A stretch of 64,000 bases of DNA from an uncultured delta proteobacterium. Its GTDB lineage: Bacteria > Myxococcota > B64-G9. The DNA lies in the NCBI GenBank assembly GCA_963754925.1, contig CAVWHX010000009.1, positions 1 to 64,000 on the forward strand, in the 5' to 3' direction. The notes under the pieces are model-generated. The model was not told the DNA's origin, ran no database searches, and saw nothing but the letters and a program-made list of their open reading frames with translations. Shown piece after piece: positions 33,505-45,500 of the stretch (position 1 is its first letter; every line of letters begins with the position of its first letter). Both the position numbers and the translations under genes were made by a program.

Positions 33505-33551
33505 TATTCGTCCCATCATTCCGCCCGCGACCTTGTTAAGGTCGTGGCGGA
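32129..33551 (+). repeat. ~1.4-kb direct repeat, copy 2
   Basis: Matches 28764..30190 with scattered substitutions and small indels. Confidence 0.95.
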
Positions 33552-33574
33552 TCTCTCTAGTCCTTATTTTTAAT

Positions 33575-33612
33575 GTTACAAAGTTGTTTCAGATACGTCA
33601 CAAAAACGACAC
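33575..33612 (+). promoter_or_regulatory. Pho-box-like array
   Basis: gttac/gtttc/gtcac/gacac at 33575/33586/33597/33608 (11-bp period). Confidence 0.55.
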
Positions 33613-33697
33613 TGAAAACTTTTATTGGATTAACCAAAGAGTTTGGCAAAAAGAAGATAGTGGAGCGAAGAATAAGAGCACACCCAATGAAAGGGGC

Positions 33698-34821
33698 ATG
33701 CCATTCGAAAATTCCTTAAAAAGGTCCTTTTGATTACGACGATTTTATCCTTGATGGCGTCGGGCTGCGGCAATCAATCAGACACGGGAGGCGCCCAGAT
33801 AAGCGTTGATGGCGAGGCATTGACCTCAGAGGTGATGAAAGTAACGGTGACTATCAGTGCTCCGGATATGATTGCCATGACGACTCAACTCTCAAAGGAC
33901 CAAAACGGCAACCACTGGGTCGGCCACCTGGACGGTATCCCCCGAGGAACGGATCGCACGTTTAAGGCAGAAGCGTATGATTCCACCAATATCGTGAGTT
34001 ACGCTGGTTCGGTGGACAGCGTGACCGTCGACGGGCGTTCAACGACGGTGGTGGTCATTAACTTGCAACAAATGAATCCGCCTCAGGGGCCCCAGATCAA
34101 CCTTCCCGTTGTCTCGGGTATTTCCTTCAGCACCGATCACGCGCTCCCCGGCGCAACGGTAACCTTAAGCGTCACGGCCGCTGACCCCAATACTACTGAT
34201 ACAATTTCTTACCTTTGGGAGGCCAGCTGTATTCCTGCGGGCCCGGATCCATATCCAAACGGCGCATTCAGCGCGACCGAGAGCACCAATCCTACCTGGA
34301 TCGCGCCGGCGTATGCCGACGACGCGGCGGGCGTGTGCACTTTATCCATCACTGTGTCTGAGGGCGGCGATTCGGTGAAGACGTTTTTCACCATCCAGGT
34401 CTCGGCAGACGGTGGGCCGGTCTACGTTTCAAACGTTACACCGCTTATCGACACATTGAAAGCCGCCCTGGTCTACGATCCCCAGGGAGGGGTGCAGACC
34501 TGGGATTTTCGAATTTCGACTTCCGATGATCCTGTTGGCTACGATCTGGGCTACGAGTGGTCTTCTCCCAACTGCAATACCGGCGATGCCAGCTGGAACT
34601 TGAACGCTCCATATACGGTCACCGCCCCGCACTTCACCTATACCAATTCCACCGTGGATTGCAATTTCAAGGTCATAGTAACCAACCTTTGCGAGGCCAA
34701 AAATTCCCGTGACGCCACTTTGGGATCGGTCGGCGCATTGTCGGAAGGACCCTCTTGCTGCGGCCAAGCTATCGGCGTGATCTATGGTTATTTGCCGGCG
34801 GTGGCCCACGTGCTTCCCTGA
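33698..34821 (+). CDS. Lipoprotein paralogous to the N-terminal third of 26678..30142 (probable 1-nt indel just after the ATG)
   Basis: FLKKVLLITTILSLMASGC vs FKKILLLATVVSALAAAGC; shared MTTQL.K...W.GH..GIP.GTD, SYLW.A.C.PAGP.P.PNG.FSAT and FFTIQVS. Confidence 0.75.
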
Positions 34822-35025
34822 ACGTACTGATTGGCCGATTCTAATCCAACAGTGGAAGTTGGACTTTCCTCATTCTGGTCGTCTTCTTCCTGTAGGAGGA
34901 GAGAATTGAATAATTGTTTAGATCGCTTTTACAATAAATGCGCAAATACCTTTACAACCAGTGATAAACATTAATGTTTGTAGTTTTTCCAAGTGCCTCT
35001 CATGAATGAAAAATTAGATCATTAG

Positions 35026-35079
35026 TTTTCATAAACGTCACACAATCTTCATAATTTCTTCACCGGGTAGCCTTACCAT
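35026..35079 (+). promoter_or_regulatory. Pho-box-like array with -10 element
   Basis: ttttc/gtcac/ttcat/ttcac at 35026/35037/35048/35059, then TACCAT 10 nt downstream. Confidence 0.65.
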
Positions 35080-35220
35080 CTCCTCAACTTTTGTGTGTAA
35101 ATTCATGCCTCTTACATTTGATTAGACAAGGTAGGGGTGAATTGAAAGCAGCAAATTACTACTAAAAACCAGAAAGAGCCGGTGTACCTAAAAAGGAATG
35201 ATGGGAAGCCTTATTATCTC

Positions 35221-36918
35221 ATGTTTATGCAATCATTAAAAAGAACCCGATCCTGGTTGGTAATTGCAATGCTATTGTTTATGGAACTGCCATTACGCGC
35301 ATCCGATGGTACCGACGGCGGAGCGACTTCGGGACAACCGCCGGTGCAACGTATCGACATCAACGAGTACCGGATTGAAGGGGCGACCAAGCTTTCCGCG
35401 GTCGAAATTGAGTCAGTCGTCTATCCGTTTTTAGGACCGGGTCGCGAACTCAAAGACATCGAGTACGCCCGGGCCGCGCTCGAGAAGAAATACGCGGATC
35501 TTGGCTATCATGCGGTCTCGGTCGCGATACCGCCCCAAAAAGTGCGTAACGGCGTCGTGGTCCTCAAGGTCACCGAGGCGAAGGTCGAGCGAACCAGGGT
35601 CAAGGGATCGCGCTGGTATTCGATCGAGGATATCAAGCGTCTTGCGCCTTCCATGGCCGAAGGCAGCGTCCCGAATTTCAACGACGTCATGAAAGACATC
35701 GTGGTCCTCAATCAGTTGCCGGATCGGCAGGTCATCCCCGAGCTTCGCGCCGGCGCCGCCCCCGCCACCGTGGACGTGGATCTTATGGTCAAGGATCGTT
35801 TTCCGCTGCACGCATCGCTCGAGCTCAATAATCGCTATAGCATAAGCACGCCCCCGATGAGGCTCAACGGCGGCGTGCGGTACGATAACCTGTGGCAGCT
35901 CGGCCATTCGATCGGTTTTTCCTTCCAGGTATCGCCGGAGGTGGAAGCTCATAAGGATTACTTTCACATCAAGGAGCCCTCGCAAAAAGTTTTTTCACTG
36001 ACGTACGTGGCGCGCATACCCACGCTGCCCTGGCTGAGCTTTACCCTCAACGGCGTGCTTCAAGACAGCAGCGTGTCCACCTTGGGGGCTTTTGACGTTG
36101 TGGGAAACGGCAAGATCGCCGGGGTGCGATCGATTTTCGCCTTGCCGGCGGCGAGCGGCTTTTCGCACAACATTTCAGTAGGCCTCGATTACAAGGAGTT
36201 TAAAGAAAAGCTCACTATTACTCAAAACACCACCACGTCAAGCGCCGCCACGCCAAGCGACACCACCCAACAAAGCACCATTTACACCCCCGTCAACTAC
36301 TTGACCTTGAGCGCTCAATACCTTTTTGCCTGGGCGGGCCAATCGACGCAGGCGAATTTTTCCACGTCGTTACTGTTCAATCTTCGACCGTTGAGCAGCG
36401 GGGGATTCGACAACAAGCGTCTCAACGCCAGCGCCAATTTTACGACGTTCCATTTGGACGCCTCCATCACCCAGGATATTTTTCTCGGCATGCAGGTGTT
36501 TGCGCGGGGATACGGCCAGTACACCAACCAGCCCTTAATAAGCTCCGAGCAGATAGTTGCGGGCGGCGTCACGTCGGTGCGCGGCTACCTGGAGGCCGAG
36601 GCGGCCGGGGATTACGGCGCGGTCGGCACCATCGAGCTGCGCGGGCCGGATCTGGCGGACTGGTTCGGAAAGCCGGTGCTCACCGCCTGGCGTTTTTATG
36701 TTTTCACCGACGGCGGATGGTTGAAAATTTATTATCCCTCAGCCGAGCAGAAAGGGCGTTTCTCCCCCAGTAGCATCGGAGGAGGCACGCGGCTCGGGTT
36801 GTTCGAAACGCTGCAAGCGTCTTTGGACGTCGGTCTTCCGCTTGCTTGGATGGGCACCGCAGGCGCCACCAAGACCCACCAGGTGCGGTTGCAGTTTAGC
36901 GTGCTGGGGAAATTTTAA
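35221..36918 (+). CDS. TpsB/Omp85 transporter (ShlB/FhaC/HecB family)
   Basis: POTRA segment (INEYRIEG..KLS, ARAALEKKYADLGY, IPPQKVRNGVVVLKVTE), GGVTSVRGY motif and C-terminal Phe. Start uncertain. Confidence 0.9.
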   Translation: MFMQSLKRTRSWLVIAMLLFMELPLRASDGTDGGATSGQPPVQRIDINEYRIEGATKLSAVEIESVVYPFLGPGRELKDIEYARAALEKKYADLGYHAVSVAIPPQKVRNGVVVLKVTEAKVERTRVKGSRWYSIEDIKRLAPSMAEGSVPNFNDVMKDIVVLNQLPDRQVIPELRAGAAPATVDVDLMVKDRFPLHASLELNNRYSISTPPMRLNGGVRYDNLWQLGHSIGFSFQVSPEVEAHKDYFHIKEPSQKVFSLTYVARIPTLPWLSFTLNGVLQDSSVSTLGAFDVVGNGKIAGVRSIFALPAASGFSHNISVGLDYKEFKEKLTITQNTTTSSAATPSDTTQQSTIYTPVNYLTLSAQYLFAWAGQSTQANFSTSLLFNLRPLSSGGFDNKRLNASANFTTFHLDASITQDIFLGMQVFARGYGQYTNQPLISSEQIVAGGVTSVRGYLEAEAAGDYGAVGTIELRGPDLADWFGKPVLTAWRFYVFTDGGWLKIYYPSAEQKGRFSPSSIGGGTRLGLFETLQASLDVGLPLAWMGTAGATKTHQVRLQFSVLGKF

Positions 36919-36948
36919 GTTTTTTGGTTGGGTAACGAGGAGAATTGA

Positions 36949-38897
36949 ATGAACTATCTTAGTCATAAAAGAACGGGCCTCTTGGGTGTTACGGCCTTTT
37001 TACTCCTACTGTCCACTGTCGCGCACGCCTGGTGGAACGATAGCTGGAAAGAAAGAAAACCGCTGCGGATCGACACCAGCGCCAAGGGCGCCAATATCAC
37101 CGATCCTATCGGTCCCACCCCGGTGTTGGTGCGCTTGCACCCGGGCAATTTTCGGTTCGACGCCGCCAAACCGGACGGCAGCGACCTTCGTTTCATCGGC
37201 GGCGACGATCAGACCCCGCTTGCGTACCACATCGAAAAATACGATTCGTTGTTGGGAGAAGCCTTGATTTGGGTGGGAATCCCGGATCTCAAGCCCGGCG
37301 CCAGCGCCGATATGTGGATATACTTCGGCAACAATGAAGCGGCCAACGCCGAGGATAAGAAAGGGACCTACGATCCGGCCATGGTCTTGGTGTACCACTT
37401 CTCAGAACCGGACAAACCTGCCCAAGATGCGACCACCTGGGCCAACAACGCGACCGAGCCGTTTAAAAACACGACAGAAACCTTGATCGGCCGAGGACTC
37501 CGGTTGGACGGAAAAGATACTCTGATCGTGCCGCCGGGCCCGGCTCTTATTTGGGCCGAGGGCGGCGCCATGACCTGGTCTGTCTGGTTGCGGCCTGCCA
37601 AGGATGAAAGCAACGGGGTGGTCTTTTCCCGCCTAAAAGATCAAAACGCCGTGGTCATAGGCTTGGACCAAGGCAAGCCCTATGTCGAGATCCTCAAAGG
37701 TTCCGATTCCAAGCGGCTCACCGCGACCAAAAGCCTCAAGGCGCTAAGCTGGAGCCATGTGGCGGTAACCGCCGGCAAGGAGATAGCCCTCTACGTTGAT
37801 GGAGCGCCCGAGGGCAAACGGGAAGCCGCCCTTCCGGCGCTCGACACCAAGTCCGTCATCGGAGGCATGGCCTCCGCCGAGGCAAACGCACCCAAGGGCG
37901 AAGCCGGGCAAGGGCAAAAAGAGAAAGAACCGGTTGCAGGCTTTGAGGGAGATCGGACGAATTGCAGATCGCCAAGGCCGAACGACCCGTGGGATTCATT
38001 CGAACGGCCGTGGCCGCTCAGGGGACCGATCCCGCCAAGTTTATGACGTTCGGGCAGGACGAGGAGAAAGTGACCGGCATCGGCAGCGCTTATTTTCCGA
38101 TCATTATCAATTCGGTCACTTTCGACGGCTGGGTGGTCATCGGTTTGCTGGGCATCATGTCCCTTATCAGTTGGATGATCATGATCGGCAAAGTCACCGC
38201 CATACGCGCGGCGCTAAAGGCAAACGCACGGTTCATGAAAAGCTTCCAGGAGTTGGGCGCGGATCTGGTGCGGCTCATCGGATCGAAAGAAACCGTTTCC
38301 CGCTGGAGCAAAGACAAAGCCCTTCAAAATTCTCCGCTGCTACGGGTTTTTCTAATCGGCGTGGAAGAAATCCGCAAACGAACAACAACCAAGCGACCGC
38401 TTACCAGTGAAAACCTCACCGTCATCCGCACCAGCTTGGAAAAGGGACTGGTGTATGAAAACCAGCGTCTCATGAATCGTATGGTGTTGCTGACCATCGC
38501 CATTTCTGGCGGCCCTTCTTGGGGCTGTTGGGCACGGTGATGGGGGTGATGATCACCTTCGCCGTGATTGCCGCCACTGGCGATGTCAACATCAACTCCA
38601 TCGCCCCGGGCATTTCCGGCGCTCTGGCGGCCACCATCGCCGGTTTGGCGGTGGCGATTCCGGCCTTGTTTGCCTATAACTGGCTGATTACCCGGATCAA
38701 AAGTCGTAAGCTCCAACTTGCACGTTTTCGTCGAGGAGTTGATTGCCAAGGCCGCCGAAGCTTACGCCGAGCGGGCCGAAAAACACAACCTATCGACTCC
38801 CCGACAGTTTTTAGCGGAAGGGGCGATTGTGGAATCGGATGGCATCTTCGAGGAGTGTGACGAAGATCTATCCGGCGGCCAAATCGCCAGCAGTTAG
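36949..38897 (+). CDS. exbB: DUF2341-LamG-MotA/TolQ/ExbB fusion protein (frameshifts near 37955, 38520 and 38700)
   Basis: AWWNDSWKERK, DGSDLRF, WSHVAVT...LYVDG (LamG), then LTIAISGGP / GLLGTVMGVMITF / IAPGISGALAATIAGLAVAIPALFAYN. Confidence 0.85.
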
Positions 38898-38945
38898 TGG
38901 CTCTTACGACCGAAGGGAGTTAGAGCCACCAAGAGGAGCGACCCC

Positions 38946-39346
38946 ATGCAGGTGCAATCCGAAGACAAGCCGTACGACGACATCAACATCACCCCGATGT
39001 TGGACTTGGCCTATGTCTTGGTCATTTTCGTCATCATGACCACCGCCACGGTACAGGGCATGCGCGTCAATCTTCCCAAGGCGGGCCCGGCCAAGAGTTT
39101 GGCCAAGTCCACCACCAAGGCGATTACCATCACCCAAAACGGGCAAGTGTTCCTGGACACCATTCCGGTCTCCCTGGCCGAGCTCCAGCAGCGCTTGACG
39201 CAGCAAAAGGCCCTCACCCCGGATTTTCCGGTGGTCGTGCGCGGCGATGGACAGGCGTACTACCAAAACGTGGTGGATGTCTTGGATTTCTGGCCCGGCT
39301 CGATATCACCACCGTGGGTCTGGCCACTAAACCACTCGTCAGATGA
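38946..39346 (+). CDS. exbD: ExbD/TolR biopolymer transport protein (frameshift near 39290)
   Basis: INITPMLDLAYVLVIFVIMTT, VNLPKA, VVVRGD...YQNVVDVLD. Confidence 0.9.
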
Positions 39347-39355
39347 GGTATTATC

Positions 39356-40110
39356 ATGCAGGCGATAACTCTCATTAAAAAAATAGCGAACGTGCTCGTT
39401 GACAATTGGCCGAGTTTGTCGGTGGGGTTGGTCATGATCACCGGCGTGGTTTTCGCCGTCAGCTGGATAAGCAACAATCAGCAACGGCCGGCGCCCCGAA
39501 AGGTCATGCAGTTGAACGTCGTGCAGTTGCAAAAGCCGAAACGCCCGCGCCGAAACTCCCGCCGCCCAAGCCGGTTGTGCAGCCCAAAGTTCCCGAGGAG
39601 GAGGAAACACCCCTGCGCACTCGGGTGAAGATTAAAATGACCGATATTCCGCCTGACGCCCCTCCTCCGTCGGCGAGCCCGCCGCCGGGCCCGCTGGCCC
39701 TGGCGACCGAAGGCAATGGTCCGGGGGACGCGTTCGGTCTAGCCGGCAACCCGGGAGGGCGATCGTTTCTGGGTATCGGCGGCGGCGAAGGCGCAGGCTC
39801 CGGAATCGGCGGTGGAGGCTACGACCCCAATGCCCGCTATGGGTGGTACTACGCCCAGGTAGCCTCCCGGATCGAGCAGGAGCTTCGAAAAAAACAAACA
39901 GCTAAAATATGCATCGTTACGTATCGAGCTGCGCGTCTGGACCGACAGCTCCGGTCAGATAAGCCGGGTGCAGCCGGTAGGTTCCACCGGAGATGAAAAC
40001 CTGGATCAGGCCATCAGATCGCTTGCGGGACTGAAGCTTAAGGATAAGCTGCCCGAGGATATTCCCCAGCCTCTGATCTTGCGGGTCACCGCCCGGCGAC
40101 CGGTTCGACA
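39356..40110 (+). CDS. TonB/TolA-like energy transducer (frameshifted; end approximate)
   Basis: N-terminal TM, Pro-rich linker (PKLPPPKP, PPPSASPPPGP), Gly-rich segment, C-terminal domain SGQISRV...GSTGDENLDQAI...PQP. Confidence 0.75.
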
Positions 40111-40158
40111 ACATCCAAACAACGACGGGATTATCGAACGACACGAGAAAGGGCCTAC

Positions 40159-41771
40159 ATGCAAGCGCTTCCCGGATCCGCAAAAAGAAGGCTGTTGGTC
40201 ATGGCGGTGGGTATGGAGCTGATGGTTTTTTTCAAGCGCCGGGCTCAGCCGAGCCGCAGAAGAACCTCAAGACGAGAAAGCCCAGGAGCCCGAGTCGGCA
40301 CAACGGGTCATGTACGTGCCCGAGATCGTAAAGGCCGAGCTGAAAGAACAAATCAAAAAAGAGCTGCTCGAGGAAATGCAAAAAGAAAATTGGGCCGCTC
40401 CGAACCAATATCCGGATTGGTTGCGTAAAATCCAGCTCTTGGGCGATTTACGCTTTCGCTATCAAGCCGTCAATTTCCCCAAAGGCAACGCTAATAGCGG
40501 CGAGTTCCCCGATTTCAACGCCATCAATACCGGCCAGCCGTTCGACGTCAATTTCGTCAACGTTGCCAATGAACGGTACTTGAACGTAGATAAAAGTCGC
40601 AACCAAGTATTCTACCGGGCCAGGCTCGGCTTTGATATTAATTTCTCTCAAAGCTTTCGAGCAGGGTTACGACTTGCAAGCGGCAACGACAACAACCCGG
40701 TTTCGTTAAACCAGTTCCTGGGGAACAACTTTGGCAAGTACCCGCTGTGGATCGACCGAGGATTTTTAAGCTATCGCGCCGTTTCAAGACGACCCATTTG
40801 GGTTGCTACTGCTTGTCGGACGTTTCGAAAACCCCTTTTTCAAAACCACCCTTACCTGGGGCAATGACGTAAACTTGGATGGGTTCGCGGCAAAAGGTGG
40901 GGTGGCATTGTCCGATAATTTCGGCGCGTTTATAACCGGCGGCGCCTTTCCGCTCCAGATAACCTCGATCAATTTTCCGCCCGAGCAGACCTCAAAGTAC
41001 AAAGAACGCGACAAGTGGCTGTACGCCGTCCAGCTAGGCATGGATTTCAAGCTGGCCACGAAATTCAAGCTCAAAGCGGCCGTCGCATATTACGACTACG
41101 ACAGCGTCGAAGGCAGGGCCTCGGGCCCGTGCGACACCAACCTGAGCGGCATCACGTGTGACACCGATAGCTTCCGGCCTACCTATGCCCAAAAAGGCAA
41201 CACCTACATGGCGCTGCGCACGCCTTCGGCCGCGGCGCTCGCGGCCGAAGCCGCGGGACTGGCGTCGCGCTACCAGTACTTCGGATTGGCGAGCAAGTTT
41301 CGCGAGCTTAATGTGACCGTGGGCGCCGATGTCACTATCGCGGAGTGGCTCACGATCAGGGTCGAGGCCGACTTCGTGCGCAACGCCGGTTTTTCAAAGA
41401 AGCAGATATCACAAGTGGCGCTCAACAATTTAGGCTCGTGCGGCTCGTCGGGCAATTGCCAGCAGACCTTCGCCGGCGGCAACCAGGGCTACCTTGCGCG
41501 CGTCGTTTTCGCAAGTCCCAGCCAAGGAAAACGCTGGGACTGGACCGCCGGCGCGAGCTACCGCTATCTCGAATCGGACGCAACCTTGGACGCGTTTAAC
41601 GATCCGGACTTTGGGCTCGGCGGCACCAATCTCAAGGGTTATGGCGTCGAGGCGGCGGTGGCGGTAGCAGAGAAAATTTGGTTAGGAGCGCGTTTTTTTG
41701 CCTCTGACGAGGTCGCGGGGCCGCCCGTGAGGATGGATGTTTTGCAGATCGATCTCATGGGGAGTTATTAG
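40159..41771 (+). CDS. Putative outer-membrane porin (frameshifted)
   Basis: YVPEIVKAELKEQIK, PDWLRKIQLLGDLRFRY, RARLG, GRFENPF, YRYLESDA..DAFNDPDFGLGGTNLKGY, C-terminal QIDLMGSY. Confidence 0.8.
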
Positions 41772-41774
41772 CAC

Positions 41775-42398
41775 ATGCGCTCTTTGAGCATCATTTTCTC
41801 AGCCGTGTTGTTTATGGTCCCGGCCGCTCGACTTTCGGCCGCTGATTCCGGCATCGAATCCCGGCTGCGGGAGGCGCTTCGCACCACTACCCAACAACTG
41901 AATCAAACTCAAAGTGAACTGGCCGACTGCAAGCGCCAAAAAGACGATCTCGATCAGAAGATCGAATCGCTCGAAAAGCAAGCGGGCTCGGCCAAGCAAT
42001 GCGCCGCATACAAGGCCAAGCAGGACGCGTTGCAGGTAAAATTCGACGAGCAGGCCGAGGAACACAAAGAACTCGAAGCTTCACTTGCGGAATGCAAAAC
42101 AACGCTCGCCAACACTACCGCCTTGGAAAAAAGCCAGGCAGATCTCGCCCAAGTCAAAGAGGAGCTTACACGCATTAAGAATGAGAATACTTCCCTGGCC
42201 GGGCGCCTCAAGCAGGCCGAGGATAAGAATAAAAATATGTATCGCGTCGGACGGGACATTCTCGACTGGGTATCCAACAACTGGATTTGTTCGGAGATCA
42301 TCGGGTGCGATGTGTTTCTGGGCCTCAAGCGAGCCAAGCTTGAGAACATGGCCCAGGATTACGAAGACAAGCTCATTGAGCAGAGGCTCGTGCCTTAG
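41775..42398 (+). CDS. Exported coiled-coil protein of the TPS-Exb cluster
   Basis: Signal peptide, ESRLREALR, long heptad region, C-terminal FLGLKRAKLENMAQDYEDKL. Confidence 0.75.
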   Translation: MRSLSIIFSAVLFMVPAARLSAADSGIESRLREALRTTTQQLNQTQSELADCKRQKDDLDQKIESLEKQAGSAKQCAAYKAKQDALQVKFDEQAEEHKELEASLAECKTTLANTTALEKSQADLAQVKEELTRIKNENTSLAGRLKQAEDKNKNMYRVGRDILDWVSNNWICSEIIGCDVFLGLKRAKLENMAQDYEDKLIEQRLVP

Positions 42399-42513
42399 AC
42401 AGATCTCCTGTCTGAATGGTTGGGGCAATGAACAATCATCGTCCCTTAAAGAAGATGTCGTGATGTAGGGGTGCCTGGCCATACGCCCTTACGCCGCATC
42501 GTAGGAATCCGCC

Positions 42514-45500
42514 ATGAAGATTCAAAACACTCATTACGTTCAGGTTTCCAAGCGTTCTCAATACGTCTATAAACCCTCCCGCGTATTGGCCGCCATCTTG
42601 GTTTTCCTGATGGGTTCCCAAACCGCCCTGGCCGGCAACATTCTGCGTAAGGCAGGCGCATACCAAAACGGTTCGCCCGATCCGACCGCGGCAGCCCAAG
42701 CGGCGATTCAAGCGACCGCGCAAGCTCAAACTGCCGCCCAAAGCGGCCGCGGACCAAGCCGCAAGCCCGCTTCGGCGCGCGCTCGATTCGATCAAACAAT
42801 TTCAAGCCGCTCAGGACGCGGCCCGGCAGGCCGCCCAGGCACAGCCGACGAACGTACCCAATGGGCTTACCCCGGGCGGCTTGGAAGTAGGCCAGGGTAT
42901 AACGTTCGATCCAACAACTAATACAACGAACAGTCCGGATTGGCAGGGAGCCAATGGCCCAACCTGGACGACGAACGGGCAACTTACCCAAGTAACCATC
43001 GAACAGCAGCAACAAAAAGCCATCCTCACCTGGAAGACGTTCAACATAGGACCTTCGACTGATCTCTACTTCGACCAGAAAACCAACGGCGGGGCCCTTG
43101 CAAACCAGTGGATCGCTCTTAACAGGGTGCTCGATCCATCCGCGAAACCGAGTCAAATATTGGGCAGTGTCCGCACGGACGGACAAGTATACCTCATCAA
43201 CCGCAACGGCATTATCTTCGGCGGCGCTTCCCAGGTAAACGTCGGCACCCTGCTGGCGTCAACCCTGGACTTCACGGGAGCAGACCTTACGGCTCGCAAT
43301 GCGTCGTTCCAAAACGGAGTACTGTCGAATCCGAATACCATTGTCTTTACCCAGGAACCGGTGCCGAACACACCCTCCATTACGGTGGAGTCCGGCGCGA
43401 AAATTGAGATCGCCCAAAACGGCCAAGCGATTCTGTGCGCTGGTAACGTCACCAATGCGGGTACTATCGAGGCGCCGTACGGTCAGGTGATTTTGGCCGC
43501 GGGTGACTCAGCAAAAATCCCAACAGCACCAGACCAGAGAGGTTACGGCCAATGGGTAATGACCGGAGAAGGCGTGGTCGAAAACGACGGGATCATCTCT
43601 ACCCCGCTCGGAAAAATTAATATTGCGGCGCGCCAGACCCTTCAGAACGGCCTGCTCACCGCCACGACAGGAGCGGACGCCAGCGGATGGATTTATATCG
43701 GAATGGACACGGACAACAACACCTCTCTTTCCACTCCCTCCGTGACCTTCGGTCCCGGCAGCGTCACGCAAATTCTACCCGATGACAGCGGCAAGCAAAT
43801 AATCGGAACGGCAACCTTAACTCCTTCCACAATAGATGTGCATGGCCAAAACATCACTTTGTTGGGCGGATCGACTATATATGCCCCGTCGGGCAACGTT
43901 AACATTGGTTTCAAATACGCTCCGACTGCCACGGATAATGATGAAAACACCCGCATTTTCTTGGACTCTGGCGCGCGCATCGACGTATCGGGCCTTCAAG
44001 ATGTCGAGGTACCCATGGAGCAAAATCAGCTTACGGGATATCTAAGGGCCGATGAGCTCAAAGACAACCCGGTGCTTCAAAACAGCCCATTAAGAGACCA
44101 AGAGGTGTACTTTGACGCCCGTCTGGGGGTTACGCAGGTCGCGGACCTGACGGGCTACTACAATCTCATTGAACGAGACGTCAAACAGCTCATGACCCAG
44201 GGCGGTACGGTGCATTTGTACGCAGACCAGATCATCACCAAAGCCGGCTCTACCATCGATTTATCCGGAGGCAGTTTGCAATATCTGGACGGATACATCA
44301 GAGACACCTATCTGATCGATCCCACCGGCCAACTGGTGTCCATCGAGCAGGCCCAGGCGGGCGTCGCATATACCGGCATCGCCGGGGATTTCGAGGTCAA
44401 TCATTCCCGCTGGGGAGTTACGAATTCGTATTCGTCGGGTCTATCTCCTTCGAGTCCGCGTTTTGAGAAAGGTTATATTGAAGGCGCCTCGGCCGGCACG
44501 CTGATAATCGGAATAGAAATTGATGGAAGCACCGGTGCAGGTTACAAAAACGGCAACGCAGATTATACTCAAATCGACCCACACCCAACCGACTCCTATC
44601 GGATTTTTGACGGCAGCATAGTCGCGAATACCGTAAAAGGCCCCTACCAGCAGGAAGTTGTGAGCGGCAGCAACTATTCGACCGATCCCACCCAAATCTG
44701 GAAAGAGCAACCCCAAGGTGCGACCCTGCAAATCTATCGAGCAGGCGATATCACTATTGCAAACAATGGCCCCCAGCTCGGCAATGACTTCCAATGGGAT
44801 ACTCCGATGGATGGGCAGTATCAAGACCTCGAGTACAATAATTTACTGCCTTTGAACTGGTTTGACGGCAAGACCTTCACCAACGTGACCATTGTAAGTG
44901 GTTATACCGATGATCGAATTACAGGAGCAACCGGTTTAGGGGGGGCGGGTACGAATAATTCAGCCAAGGGTGGAAATCTAACCATCGCCAATGGCGTCGT
45001 GGTAAATTTGGGTGACGGGGGGTCGTTCAGCTTTAAGGGTAAATCGGCCGATATCGACGGCACGCTGCTTGCTCCAGGCGGAACGGTTGCAATCACAACT
45101 TTGGATAATTCGTGTACGAACAATGGTATCTCTTGTTGGACAACCAAAGATCCACTCACCACCGTGATAGGTACTACCGGGGTAATAGATGTGGCCGGAC
45201 GCTTTAGTAATGATGTTGCAACCGGTCAAGCTACGCCCTATCGCGCGCTTGACGGAGGCAGCGTATCGCTTACCGCCTACAATCTCATCCTGGAGCCAGG
45301 TTCGCTTATCGATGCGTCCGGAGGCGCGATACTGGATGCCAGCGGCCAAAAAGCAACTTACGGTAACGGTGGTTCGATTGAATTAAACGTAAGCGCAGCT
45401 CCTACGATTTCTCAAAATGTTGGGATAAACGATGGAAACCTAATCATGGAAGGAAGCCTGAGAGCGTATGCGCTGGGCACAGGCGGAAATCTCACCCTGA

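Noticed and set aside
42465..42492. REP-like GTAGGGG...CGCCCTTAC hairpin before tpsA
   Set aside because: A single degenerate copy with no RAYT gene or other copies noticed in the window.
35221..42900. Many frameshifts in the Exb/TonB/porin/TpsA genes read as pseudogenisation or programmed frameshifting
   Set aside because: They are small indels, often at short homopolymers, with conserved motifs intact on both sides; long-read error is more likely. It cannot be excluded without reads.
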